Shown piece by piece: positions 28,671 to 37,874 of a DNA stretch of 54,482 bases. The notes beneath the pieces were generated by a model. That model saw only the letters and a program-made list of their open reading frames with translations. It was not told the DNA's origin and made no database searches. The DNA comes from an uncultured Gemmatimonadota bacterium. GTDB lineage: Bacteria > SM23-81 > DAOVCL01. The translations under genes were made by a program, and so were the position numbers. The stretch is from assembly GCA_964626665.1 (NCBI GenBank), contig CAZVGK010000024.1:1-54482 (forward strand). Direction: 5' to 3'. The first letter of the stretch is position 1, and every line of letters begins with the position of its first letter.

Positions 28671-30110
28671 ATGGGCCAGACCCTGCCAGTTATCATCACC
28701 TTTGCCATCTACACGCTCTTTGTCTTGGGGGTAGGCATCTATGCTACCAAGTTTACCAAGACAATTGAGGACTTCTTCTTGGCAGGAAGAAGATTGGGGG
28801 CCTGGGTGACGGCCATCAGCTCCGTAGCGAGTTCAGAATCTGGCTGGGTAGTCTTGGGATTGGTGGGAATTGCCTATAAAGAGGGGATCTCAGCCGTATG
28901 GATAGCTCCTGGGTGCCTTTTGGGCTATATGGTCAACTGGTATCTTTTGGCCTTCAGACTAAGGCGGGAGTCCAAAGGGCTTGGTGCCCTTACTGTGCCC
29001 GATTTTTTGGAGGCCAAGGCCAATGACTCCTCCCATCTGGTGAGGATAGTAGCCGTGGCAATCACCTTCTTCTGTATGATGGGATATGTGGGAGCTCAGT
29101 TTAACGCTGCCGGGAAGACATTTGATGCCGTTTTTAAGATAAACTATTTTAACGGGGTCCTTTTGGGGGCGGTGATAACCATAGTCTATACCCTCTTAGG
29201 TGGCTTCAGGGCCGTCTCCTGGACGGATTTGCTCCAGGGGCTGATGATGGTTTTTGGCTTGATCTTTCTCCCGGTGGTGGCGGTGATTCATCTTGGTGGA
29301 TTGGGGAATCTCTTCCGAGGTTTGGCTGCGCAAAGCCCCTCCCTCTTGACTCTCAGTGGCGGTAATGTTGGCTTTGCCCTCTTGGGCTTGATTATCGGTT
29401 ATCTTGGTATTGGGCTGGGCTATCCTGGCCAGCCCCATGTGGTTACTAGATATATGGCCGTGCGGGGAGAGAGGGAGATGCGGAGATCCAGGCTTATTGC
29501 CATTACCTGGGGGATCTTGGTTTACTATGGGGCTATCTTTTTGGGTCTGGCCGGAAGGCTAATCCTCCCTCAGATAGCTGACCCGGAATACACCTATCCC
29601 ACAGTGGCCCTTAAGCTCCTTCCCCCGGTGATAGCGGGGGTAATGTTGGCCGCCATTACATCGGCGATCAGATCAACGGCTGATTCTCAGCTCTTGGTGG
29701 CCGCCTCCGCCGTGGCCAGGGATGTATACCAGAAGGTGTTTCGGCGGGAGGCAGATCAAAGGAGACTTGTTCTGATCAGCAGGTTGACAGTTCTACTGCT
29801 GGGCCTCCTTGCCTTTATCTTAGCTATGACTAAGTCAAGGGTTATCTTCTGGTTTGTCCTCTTTGCCTGGTCTGGCCTGGGGGCAAGCTTTGGCCCTCCT
29901 ATCCTCTTCTCCCTGTATTGGAAGAGAACCAACAAATGGGGGATAGTTGCGGGTATGCTGGTGGGCTTTGCCACCACTGTGATCTGGAAACTGAGTGGTC
30001 TCTCTGCGCGGACCATTTACGAGCTGGTTCCCGCCTTCTTCCTCTCCGCCCTGGCCGTGTTCCTGGGAAGCTTGTTTACCAGAGGGAAGATGAGAGCTTC
30101 AGAGGCATAA
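28671..30110 (+). CDS. putP: Sodium/proline symporter (SSS family)
   Basis: FFLAGRRLG, GGFRAVSWTD, GLGYPGQPHV, STADSQLL, AWSGLGASFGP. Confidence 0.9.
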   Translation: MGQTLPVIITFAIYTLFVLGVGIYATKFTKTIEDFFLAGRRLGAWVTAISSVASSESGWVVLGLVGIAYKEGISAVWIAPGCLLGYMVNWYLLAFRLRRESKGLGALTVPDFLEAKANDSSHLVRIVAVAITFFCMMGYVGAQFNAAGKTFDAVFKINYFNGVLLGAVITIVYTLLGGFRAVSWTDLLQGLMMVFGLIFLPVVAVIHLGGLGNLFRGLAAQSPSLLTLSGGNVGFALLGLIIGYLGIGLGYPGQPHVVTRYMAVRGEREMRRSRLIAITWGILVYYGAIFLGLAGRLILPQIADPEYTYPTVALKLLPPVIAGVMLAAITSAIRSTADSQLLVAASAVARDVYQKVFRREADQRRLVLISRLTVLLLGLLAFILAMTKSRVIFWFVLFAWSGLGASFGPPILFSLYWKRTNKWGIVAGMLVGFATTVIWKLSGLSARTIYELVPAFFLSALAVFLGSLFTRGKMRASEA

Positions 30111-30460
30111 TGGCTCAGAGATTTGGACAGGAAGCTATCTGAGAGGGATGGCGAAGTTGCTGCCGAGAAGCAACCTCCCGTAGGTCTAAATCTGCGGGAG
30201 GTTAAAGGTTCTATAGTTGTTATTATCCATCAAAAGGGTTTCTTCCGTCAGGGCGGGAACCCTGACGGTAGGTAGAAATTACTTCTATGTCCCCCGGTTT
30301 TAGCTCGCCCTATGATATCTATTTGTTGATACCTCTTCATAGACTTACCAATTCCCCACATTATCCCTTGCCAGTTTGTCCTTCCATCCCTATATTCCCT
30401 CTAACAGTCCACAAGGGTCGGTTACCAGAGATCAGAGGTCAGAAAAAGTCCATTACCATA

Positions 30461-30575
30461 GACTATCAACTGCTGACAACTGACAGTTGGCCGCTAACTG
30501 CTGTTGCCCTGACCTCTAATAGCTGTAGCCGACAACTGACCGCTGGGAACTGTAACCTGAAGGGTAACAGTTACT
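30461..30575. repeat. Degenerate heptamer tandem repeats (CTGACAA/CTGACCG type)
   Basis: gactatcaactgctgacaactgacag...ccgacaactgaccgctg. Confidence 0.5.
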
Positions 30576-30576
30576 T

Positions 30577-32313
30577 ATGAAGAATCTCTTAGCCTTAAAG
30601 GAATACTTTTTTGAACATAAATGGAAGCTGGCTGTCGGGGTCTTTAGCCTGGTGATAGTTGATGGCCTGCAGCTCATCGTCCCGCGGGTGATCAAATGGG
30701 CTATAGATGACCTCACCCGGGGAGGGATCTCCCGCAGCCACCTGATTCGCTATTCGCTCTACATAATGGCCATTGCCATAGGGATTGGTATCTTCCGGTA
30801 TTTTTGGAGGCTGTTTATTATGGGGACCTCCCGTAGGGTCGAGGAGACCCTGAGGAACCAACTCTTCCGTCACTACCAATCCCTCTCCTTCAGCTTCTTC
30901 AACAACCACAAGACCGGCGATCTGATGGCCCATGCCACCAACGACATAAAGGCGGTGCAGAGGGCAGTGGGAATGGGCTTTGTCATCCTTACCGATGTTC
31001 TCGTCTTAGGGACGGCAGCCATCGGGTTTATGCTCTATATTAGCCCCAGGCTGACCCTCTTTGCCCTGATGCCTGCTCCCCTGTTGATCTTTTTCGTTCT
31101 CAGGTTTGGCCGGATGCTCCACCGGAGGTTTGAGAGGGTGCAGGCCAGCTTCTCTGGTTTGACCGAGAGGATGCGGGAGAACCTCTCCGGAATGAGGGTA
31201 GTGAAGGCTTATGCACAGGAGGAGAACGAGAGGAGAAGGTTTTCCCAGGCCAGCAGGGGCTATGTGGAGAAGAATATGCATCTGGTAAAAATCTGGGGAG
31301 CCTTCTTCCCGCTGATTATGCTCTTCGCTAACTTAGGGGTGGCCATCGTCCTGTTTTTAGGGGGAACACAGGTAATCCTTAACTCCATCAGTATGGGGGA
31401 TTTCGTTGCCTTTATCTACTACTTGGATATTTTGATCTGGCCCCTGATGGGGATCGGGTGGGTGACCAACCTCTTAGAGAGGGGGAGCGCGTCTATGGGG
31501 AGGATAAACAAAATCCTGCAGACCAAACCGGAGATTGAAGTATCGGCCGGGGATGTGAAAATCAAGGGGGGAATAGAATTCAGGGATCTCACCTTCTCCT
31601 ACGATCGGGGGAGGGTACCTGTCCTGCAGGGCATAAATCTCTCTATTCAACCAGGTGAGTTTGTCGCTATAGTAGGGAGGACTGGGGCCGGTAAATCCAC
31701 ATTGGTCAACCTCATCCCCCATCTCTTCGACCCTGGAGAGGGAAAGCTTTTCATAGACGGTGGGGAGATTCACTCCCTGCCCCTGGGAGGGTTGAGGAGT
31801 TCCATAGGTTATGTCCCCCAGGATACTTTCCTCTTCTCGGATACGATCAGGGAGAACATCGCCTTTGGTAGGTTAGATACAGAGGAGGAGAGAATCCGTC
31901 AAGTAGCCCAGATCGCTGGCATCCATCAGGAGATTATGGAGTTCCCGCAGGGTTACGACTCAGTGATTGGGGAGAGGGGAGTCACCCTCTCCGGGGGACA
32001 GAAACAGAGGCTGGCCATTGCCCGAGCCTTGCTGATTGACCCTCAGATCCTCATTTTAGATGATGCCCTCTCCTCTGTGGACACGGACACCGAGGGGGAG
32101 ATATTGAGGAACTTACGGAAGGTAATCAGGGGGAGAACCACCATAGTTATCTCCCATCGTTTATCCACTGTTAAGGATGCCGATCGGATCTTCGTCTTGG
32201 AGGGAGGGAAGATCGTGGAGCAGGGAACCCATCAACAGCTTCTGGCCTCTGGTGGTCTCTATAGCCGCATCCACCGGAAGCAGCAGCTCGAGGAGGAGAT
32301 CGAAGGGGAATGA
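30577..32313 (+). CDS. Heterodimeric ABC exporter subunit 1 (BmrC/YheI-like)
   Basis: TMD plus NBD; GRTGAGKS, LSGGQ, degenerate Walker B ILDD. Confidence 0.92.
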   Translation: MKNLLALKEYFFEHKWKLAVGVFSLVIVDGLQLIVPRVIKWAIDDLTRGGISRSHLIRYSLYIMAIAIGIGIFRYFWRLFIMGTSRRVEETLRNQLFRHYQSLSFSFFNNHKTGDLMAHATNDIKAVQRAVGMGFVILTDVLVLGTAAIGFMLYISPRLTLFALMPAPLLIFFVLRFGRMLHRRFERVQASFSGLTERMRENLSGMRVVKAYAQEENERRRFSQASRGYVEKNMHLVKIWGAFFPLIMLFANLGVAIVLFLGGTQVILNSISMGDFVAFIYYLDILIWPLMGIGWVTNLLERGSASMGRINKILQTKPEIEVSAGDVKIKGGIEFRDLTFSYDRGRVPVLQGINLSIQPGEFVAIVGRTGAGKSTLVNLIPHLFDPGEGKLFIDGGEIHSLPLGGLRSSIGYVPQDTFLFSDTIRENIAFGRLDTEEERIRQVAQIAGIHQEIMEFPQGYDSVIGERGVTLSGGQKQRLAIARALLIDPQILILDDALSSVDTDTEGEILRNLRKVIRGRTTIVISHRLSTVKDADRIFVLEGGKIVEQGTHQQLLASGGLYSRIHRKQQLEEEIEGE

Positions 32314-34415
32314 TCCATAGATTTCACGAGGAAGAGAGGCTGAGCAAGCCCTATGATGCCCGGCTGATGAAGAGGCTATTGGGCTATGTTAAACCTTACA
32401 AGAAGATAATATTTTTCTGCATCTTCCTTCTCCTCTTCATTACCGGATTTGACCTTTCCCTCCCTTACTTGACCAAGATGGCCATTGATAGGCATATAGC
32501 TGTCTCCTCCAGGCTAATCACCTTTTCCGAGAAGCCAAGCCCCTTCGCAGGGAGGATCAGGAAGACCTACGGGGATAAGCTCAGGCCGGTGGGCAAGGGT
32601 AGTTTTCTCATAGATTCCAGGGATTTGAGGAAGATGGACAAGAGGGATCATTTTAGGCTGGAGAAGATGGGCCTCCTAAAAGGTCAGAAGTTCTATTTCT
32701 TAGGCAAAGAGGCCTTTGAGGGGAAGGGGGAAGCTCTGGTTCAATATGATTCCCTCTTCCAGAAGGCTAAAGGTGGATACTTCATCTCCTACCAGGATAT
32801 GGGCAAGCTCAAGAGGGAGGATCTGCTCATCCTGAGAAAGGATGATATCTCCGGGATAAAAAAGATTGCCATAGTCTTCTTTTTCATCTTGCTTTTTAGC
32901 TTTGGCTTCAATTACGGGCAGGTTTACCTTATGCAATACACAGGGCAGAAGCTAATGTATGACTTGAGGGTGAAGGTTTTCTCCCATTTACAGAAGCTCT
33001 CCCTCTCCTTCTTTGACCAGAATCCGGTGGGGAGATTGGTGACCAGGGCCACCAATGATGTGGAGGTGCTCAACGAGATGTTCACCGAACTGTTAATAAA
33101 CCTCTTCAAGGACATATTTATCCTCTTAGGCATTTTGGTGATCCTCATCCACATAAATTGGCAGTTGGCCTTGGTCAGCTTTGTGGTCATCCCCCTTACT
33201 GGCTGGGCCACTATGACCTTCCGGTTAAAGGCCAGGGATGCTTTTCGGTTGGTGAGGTTGAAGATAGCGAAGATAAACTCCTCCCTCAACGAGAATATCA
33301 GCGGGATGAGGGTGGTGCAGATCTTCAATCGGCAGAGGGAGAATTACAAGAGGTTTAGCCAAATAAACCACGAAAATTTCTTGGCCAATATGAAGCAGAT
33401 AAAGGTCTTTGCCGTCTTCCGGCCCCTGATTGAGATCATCGGCTCCCTGGGAATTGCCCTCTTGATCTGGTATGGTGGTGGTAAGGTCATCTCCGAGACC
33501 CTCAGTTTGGGCTCATTGGTGGCTTTTCTCTCCTACATTCAGATGTTTTTCCGTCCCATCAGGGACCTCTCCGAGAAGTATAACATTATGCAGGCGGCAA
33601 TGGCCTCCTCCGAGAGGATCTTCCTCCTTTTGGACAAACAGCCGGTGATCAGGGATCTGCCGCAGCCAAAGATGCCTGCTAAAGTGGAGGGAGGGGTGGA
33701 ATTTGAGGGGGTCTGGTTTGCCTACCAGTCGGACAACTGGGTGCTTAAGGACATAAGCTTCGCGGTTAGACCGGGAGAATCGGTGGCCATAGTGGGGGCC
33801 ACCGGAGCTGGGAAAACCTCGATTATCAACCTCTTAGAGAGGTTCTATGAGCCCCAAAAAGGGGAGATCAAAGTCGATGGGATAAACATCGCTGAGATGG
33901 ACAGGGCTGAGCTCAGGTCTCAGATGGGGTTGGTGATGCAGGATGTCTTTCTCTTTGCCGGAGATATAAAGGGGAACATCAGATTGGGGAAGAAGGAGAT
34001 TAGTGATGGGAGGCTGATTGAAATGGCCAAAGTGGTCAATGCCCACCAGTTCATAGAGAGGCTTCCCCAGGGATATGATGAGGAGGTAAAGGAGAGGGGG
34101 ATCACCCTCTCGGTGGGCCAGAGGCAATTGCTTTCCTTTGCCCGCGCCCTGGCCTTTGACCCCAAGATCTTGGTCTTGGATGAGGCTACGGCCAACATCG
34201 ATACAGAGACGGAGTCGCTCATCCAGGATGCCCTCCTCAAGCTGATGAAGGGAAGAACCTCTATAATCATCGCCCACAGGCTTTCCACTATCAGGTATTG
34301 CGATCGCATACTGGTGATGCACAGGGGGAGAATGGTCGAGGAGGGAAGTCATGCGCAGCTCCTCAGAAAAAGGGGTCTCTACTATGGGCTCTACCAATTG
34401 CAGTATGGAGGGTGA
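32310..34415 (+). CDS. Heterodimeric ABC exporter subunit 2 (BmrD/YheH-like, large extracytoplasmic insert)
   Basis: GATGAGKT, LSVGQ, VLDE; about 120-aa soluble insert after TM1. Confidence 0.92.
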   Translation: MIHRFHEEERLSKPYDARLMKRLLGYVKPYKKIIFFCIFLLLFITGFDLSLPYLTKMAIDRHIAVSSRLITFSEKPSPFAGRIRKTYGDKLRPVGKGSFLIDSRDLRKMDKRDHFRLEKMGLLKGQKFYFLGKEAFEGKGEALVQYDSLFQKAKGGYFISYQDMGKLKREDLLILRKDDISGIKKIAIVFFFILLFSFGFNYGQVYLMQYTGQKLMYDLRVKVFSHLQKLSLSFFDQNPVGRLVTRATNDVEVLNEMFTELLINLFKDIFILLGILVILIHINWQLALVSFVVIPLTGWATMTFRLKARDAFRLVRLKIAKINSSLNENISGMRVVQIFNRQRENYKRFSQINHENFLANMKQIKVFAVFRPLIEIIGSLGIALLIWYGGGKVISETLSLGSLVAFLSYIQMFFRPIRDLSEKYNIMQAAMASSERIFLLLDKQPVIRDLPQPKMPAKVEGGVEFEGVWFAYQSDNWVLKDISFAVRPGESVAIVGATGAGKTSIINLLERFYEPQKGEIKVDGINIAEMDRAELRSQMGLVMQDVFLFAGDIKGNIRLGKKEISDGRLIEMAKVVNAHQFIERLPQGYDEEVKERGITLSVGQRQLLSFARALAFDPKILVLDEATANIDTETESLIQDALLKLMKGRTSIIIAHRLSTIRYCDRILVMHRGRMVEEGSHAQLLRKRGLYYGLYQLQYGG

Positions 34416-34449
34416 TGTTCCGGCCTTCAACAAACGCCCTTGATTCATA

Positions 34450-34596
34450 TGTAGGGACAGACTGGAATTTATCCCGACCGCCGCAGGGGTCGGGAGGTCA
34501 GTCGGCTCCCTCGGACAAGTCTAAAGACTTGTCCCTACGATTATGAGCTTCTCACGGTAATAGGCTTTACTCCGAATTTATGGATAGATCGGGTAA
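34450..34596 (-). mobile_element. MITE-like element, family A (inverted, one TIR clear)
   Basis: Reverse complement aligns over about 145 bp with 46789-46937, including TIR and REP core. Confidence 0.75.
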
Positions 34597-34620
34597 TAAG
34601 GGTGAATGGTGTCCATATAG

Positions 34621-34714
34621 TTCCCTCTCCCCTGGAGGGAGAGGGTTAGGGTGAGGGAGAAGATAGAGATAATTTCACCCTCTCCTTAGTCCTCCCTCAT
34701 CAAGAGGGAGGAGA
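34621..34714. repeat. CCCTCTCCC...GGGAGAGGGTTAGGGTGAGG palindromic repeat pair
   Basis: Two facing hairpin units of a widespread bacterial intergenic repeat type. Confidence 0.6.
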
Positions 34715-34795
34715 ATGTTTCTTATGCTGGTAAGGTTCCTGCCCAGATAGCTTCTTAATCGGTATTTAGAGGTTTAACCCAGACCTTGGTTCACT

Positions 34796-35155
34796 TTACA
34801 ACCATAGTAAGGTATTTCTCAATTGATCAGCAGTAAATTCGTTTAACAATCCCAAAAGCCGCTTGATTGTCTCCCTAATAGGTAATTGTGAAGAAACGAT
34901 TATTCCATGATGATCTTTATGCGAAAGCAGATATTCCTTGTTGAGTTTTACATAATCCACAACATTGAATGTTACCAAAGCTCGCTTTTCAGCTACAGCA
35001 TAAGCAAGCTGTTCAGAATCACTGAATCCAACGTTGCTCACTTCAGAAGTGCTCACTACATCAAACCCTCGTAATCTAAGAGCGTAAGCGACTCTTTTGT
35101 GAATGTCCTCATCAAGGTATAATTGGGCCAAAAGCCCAGGGAGATCCGTAGTCAT
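34796..35155 (-). CDS. DUF5615 PIN-like toxin (VapC45-type)
   Basis: LYLDEDI, SDSEQLAYA, ALVTFNVVDY, HHGII. Confidence 0.88.
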   Translation of the reverse strand: MTTDLPGLLAQLYLDEDIHKRVAYALRLRGFDVVSTSEVSNVGFSDSEQLAYAVAEKRALVTFNVVDYVKLNKEYLLSHKDHHGIIVSSQLPIRETIKRLLGLLNEFTADQLRNTLLWL

Positions 35156-35475
35156 TCCTGCTTGGTTTTATGAGTCAATCGGCCCTCTTTGTCCATTTTC
35201 AAGCTGTATTTCTTTATTACAGTTTCAATTCTATTCTCTTGAATGTCCTGCTCAATCTCCTCTTGATGGTCATGATAATAGCTTAAGGCATCAAGGACTT
35301 GGGTGGCGGAAAGATGTGGCAAGCCTTCCACAATCTCCTCTACACTTAGACCCAGCTTGTAGTAGGCAACAATAGATCTCACCGGGGTTCGGGTGCCCTT
35401 AACTACCGGTTTGTCGCCACATACACCCTTAATCTGAACAATATGTGGATGTTCAGTCACCACAACTGTGCTCAT
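35152..35475 (-). CDS. DUF433 antitoxin
   Basis: GVCGDKPVVKGTRTPV, LPHLSATQVLDALSYY; GGAGG RBS; coupled to the PIN gene. Confidence 0.9.
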   Translation of the reverse strand: MSTVVVTEHPHIVQIKGVCGDKPVVKGTRTPVRSIVAYYKLGLSVEEIVEGLPHLSATQVLDALSYYHDHQEEIEQDIQENRIETVIKKYSLKMDKEGRLTHKTKQE

Positions 35476-35580
35476 TATTTCCTCCTCCTTATGCTATGGG
35501 AGAATTGGGGATTGGGCCATAAAATTGCAACTTTTCATTTCACTACATCCTGAAGTTTTTTCATTTTATAAAAGACTCCC

Positions 35581-35758
35581 GACGGATACCCCGTCAGCTC
35601 TGCTGCGGGGAGGAAGTCGGGCAGCAACGAGCTTGAAATCTCCGCTACAGCTTGGCTTGGAGTGCCAACGGGCCTTCAAGCACCATTTGGGTGGGGTTGT
35701 GGAATGGGCTGAAGGGTTGTGGGGTAATGCCCCGCAGCTCTGCTGCGGGGTTGTTTAC
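35581..35758. mobile_element. Non-autonomous IS200/IS605-type miniature element
   Basis: Two subterminal hairpins CCCCG(T)CAGCTCTGCTGCGGGG followed by AGGAAGTC and TTGTTTAC, typical of IS200/IS605 ends; no transposase ORF. Confidence 0.65.
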
Positions 35759-35763
35759 TCTCC

Positions 35764-35791
35764 AATATACCAAAAAGATCAACGATGTCAA
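35764..35791 (-). promoter_or_regulatory. Sigma-70 promoter with extended -10
   Basis: TTGACA-N16-TATATT preceded by TG; predicted start near 35758. Confidence 0.55.
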
Positions 35792-36049
35792 GCCGCTCTT
35801 CAGAGATTTGGGGCTTTTTTTGAGCAAAGTTTTCCAGGTAGGCTTGAGCAACTAACTTCTACCGCACTTTAGTGCGGGTTCTGGGCCTTTAGACCCTTCT
35901 TATTGAGGACTAAAGCCCATAAGAGGTTACCCCGGTTAAAGCTAGGTAGAAGTGTAGGGTGTGGGGATAACGAGCCACGAGCTACGAGTAACGATTCACG
36001 ATGATTCTTTGGTTGCGGCTGCGCTACTCTATGTACTCTATGTAGTTTT

Positions 36050-36460
36050 CTACGGATGGTTTCTCTTGTCCTTCTCCGTCCTGGCTGAGCCCGAAAGGGG
36101 GAACTCGGTTTCGATCATCTCCTCATAGTAGCTCTGGGGCCGAAATCCGACGACGCTGCCCAAGAGCTTTCCGTTTTCAAACACCACCACGGTGGGTGTT
36201 CCCCTGACCTCCAGGCTTTGAGCCAAGCGCGGGGAATTTCCAGCGTTCAACTCACACACCTTGATTCGTCCTTTGTACTTATTGGCAAGTGACCCTATGG
36301 TTGGAGCTAACTTGCTACAATAAGGGCAGCCGTAGCTCCAAACATCTACAAGACAAGGCCCGGGGTGCTGAAGCACCTCTTGGCGAAAGTTTGCTTCGTT
36401 GAGGGAAACCGGGATAACTCGGGGTTTTCTTTCCCCAAACAGTTTGTTTAGGAATCCCAT
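36050..36460 (-). CDS. Thioredoxin-fold protein with CPYC active site
   Basis: LVDVWSYGCPYC, VRGTPT cis-Pro loop, VVGFRP. Confidence 0.9.
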   Translation of the reverse strand: MGFLNKLFGERKPRVIPVSLNEANFRQEVLQHPGPCLVDVWSYGCPYCSKLAPTIGSLANKYKGRIKVCELNAGNSPRLAQSLEVRGTPTVVVFENGKLLGSVVGFRPQSYYEEMIETEFPLSGSARTEKDKRNHP

Positions 36461-36628
36461 GGGAATTCTTTATCGTTTGATGGCGGTGGCAAAGGGGAGG
36501 TTCTGTTAAATTGGTTGAAATGCGGTGAACGGGCGAGATAGATTTTTCAAGGGGAGGATATGTAAGCCAAGCGAGGAGCTGAGGACTTTTCCGCCCCGTA
36601 ATGTAGAATGGTTGGAGAGGGAGGTAAC

Positions 36629-37873
36629 CTATTCGTCAAAATTCCTCCTGCCCTCGGGTGACCTGCTATACATCCTCCCCCAGATAGGGTCATATTGGAC
36701 TTCGATGAGCCCCTCCTTTTCCAATTCCGCTAACACTTGGTCTAAGTCATAGGGAGAGAGCGGGCTGAAAAAGGACAATTCGCCGATCCTGACTCCCACG
36801 GTTATCTTCGAGAGGATGTAATCCTTGATGCTCATTGGCTCAACCGGGGGCAGGCAAGGGGCCATATCCAGATATTTCCCAAATGCCCCCTCATCCTGAA
36901 AGACGGTGGCCATTGTCCGGAAAAGTTGATGAGGGTCCTTCTCCAACTTATAGAGGGTGAGGACGAAATCCGCCTGGGTTTGTCCCTTCTCTATCATTTT
37001 GGCAATTGTGCTTAGGTCCCCTATTTTTGCTCCAAGGAGGTTAAGCCCCTCTTCGGCCAATTTGAGCATCTCCTTCAGGATCTCTGTGACTGGTTGCTCC
37101 TTCCCCTCCCAGTGGGATATCGCCTGTAGGCCATATTTGGCTGCCCTCCATCTGTTCACCGCATTCCAGTAAAACTCCTCAGGGTTGTATTCAGGGGTAT
37201 CCACCCTTAGGTTGTGGGAAAGCCCATACATTACCCCGGCAGCTAAGGCCGTGCATTCACTCATCAGCCTAGGATCAGATGTGCTGTCGCCACACCTGAG
37301 CTCAATGGTCGGCTTATAGGGGATCTTGACTGATGTATCCTCACCCCAATTTGGCCTGGCAAACATAGGATGCTGGAGTTTTTGGGGAGATGAACACCAT
37401 TCGGCGTTATGGGCCACCCGGTAGCTTTTGTATTCACCGACCTCAAACCTGGAAAGGGGGCTGTTGCACATTAGGGCAACGAAACAGGGGACATATTTTA
37501 TCATTCGGTTGGCCAGGGCAGTGGCCAGGGGATATTCGTGAACCGTGCCTATATGGATATGAGAGCCGATAGGCATCTGCTCTGTAGGCCTGGCCCCCAA
37601 TGGGAAGATGAGGAACTTTCTCCTGTGGGCCAGCTTTTTTGCCGCCCGGAAGAAAGCCTGGTTCTTATCCAGCAGCTCCTGCCAACTGCTGATAATCCCC
37701 AATCTGGCCTCCAAGAGGTCCACATCTGTTCCTACCCTGGACCAGGGGAAGCCAGTCCTCAGCTCATTGGCCAACCTAAAGATCTCCTTCTCCCCGGCCG
37801 ATTCCATTGACTCCTGGAGGACGGCCATCTCCCAGTCATACCCCATGGTTAAAGGGTGGAAAATGGTTTCCAT
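36629..37873 (-). CDS. GCS2/YbdK-family carboxylate-amine ligase with C-terminal winged-helix-like extension
   Basis: TMGYDWE, GSHIHIG, NSPL, YKSYR, TIELR.D, NRWRAAKYGL; tail ...VLAELEKEGLIEV. Confidence 0.8.
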   Translation of the reverse strand: METIFHPLTMGYDWEMAVLQESMESAGEKEIFRLANELRTGFPWSRVGTDVDLLEARLGIISSWQELLDKNQAFFRAAKKLAHRRKFLIFPLGARPTEQMPIGSHIHIGTVHEYPLATALANRMIKYVPCFVALMCNSPLSRFEVGEYKSYRVAHNAEWCSSPQKLQHPMFARPNWGEDTSVKIPYKPTIELRCGDSTSDPRLMSECTALAAGVMYGLSHNLRVDTPEYNPEEFYWNAVNRWRAAKYGLQAISHWEGKEQPVTEILKEMLKLAEEGLNLLGAKIGDLSTIAKMIEKGQTQADFVLTLYKLEKDPHQLFRTMATVFQDEGAFGKYLDMAPCLPPVEPMSIKDYILSKITVGVRIGELSFFSPLSPYDLDQVLAELEKEGLIEVQYDPIWGRMYSRSPEGRRNFDE

Positions 37874-37874
37874 C

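Noticed and set aside
30287-30580. 97-aa ORF upstream of the ABC exporter
   Set aside because: Built from heptamer repeats (YQLLTTDS-type translation); likely non-coding
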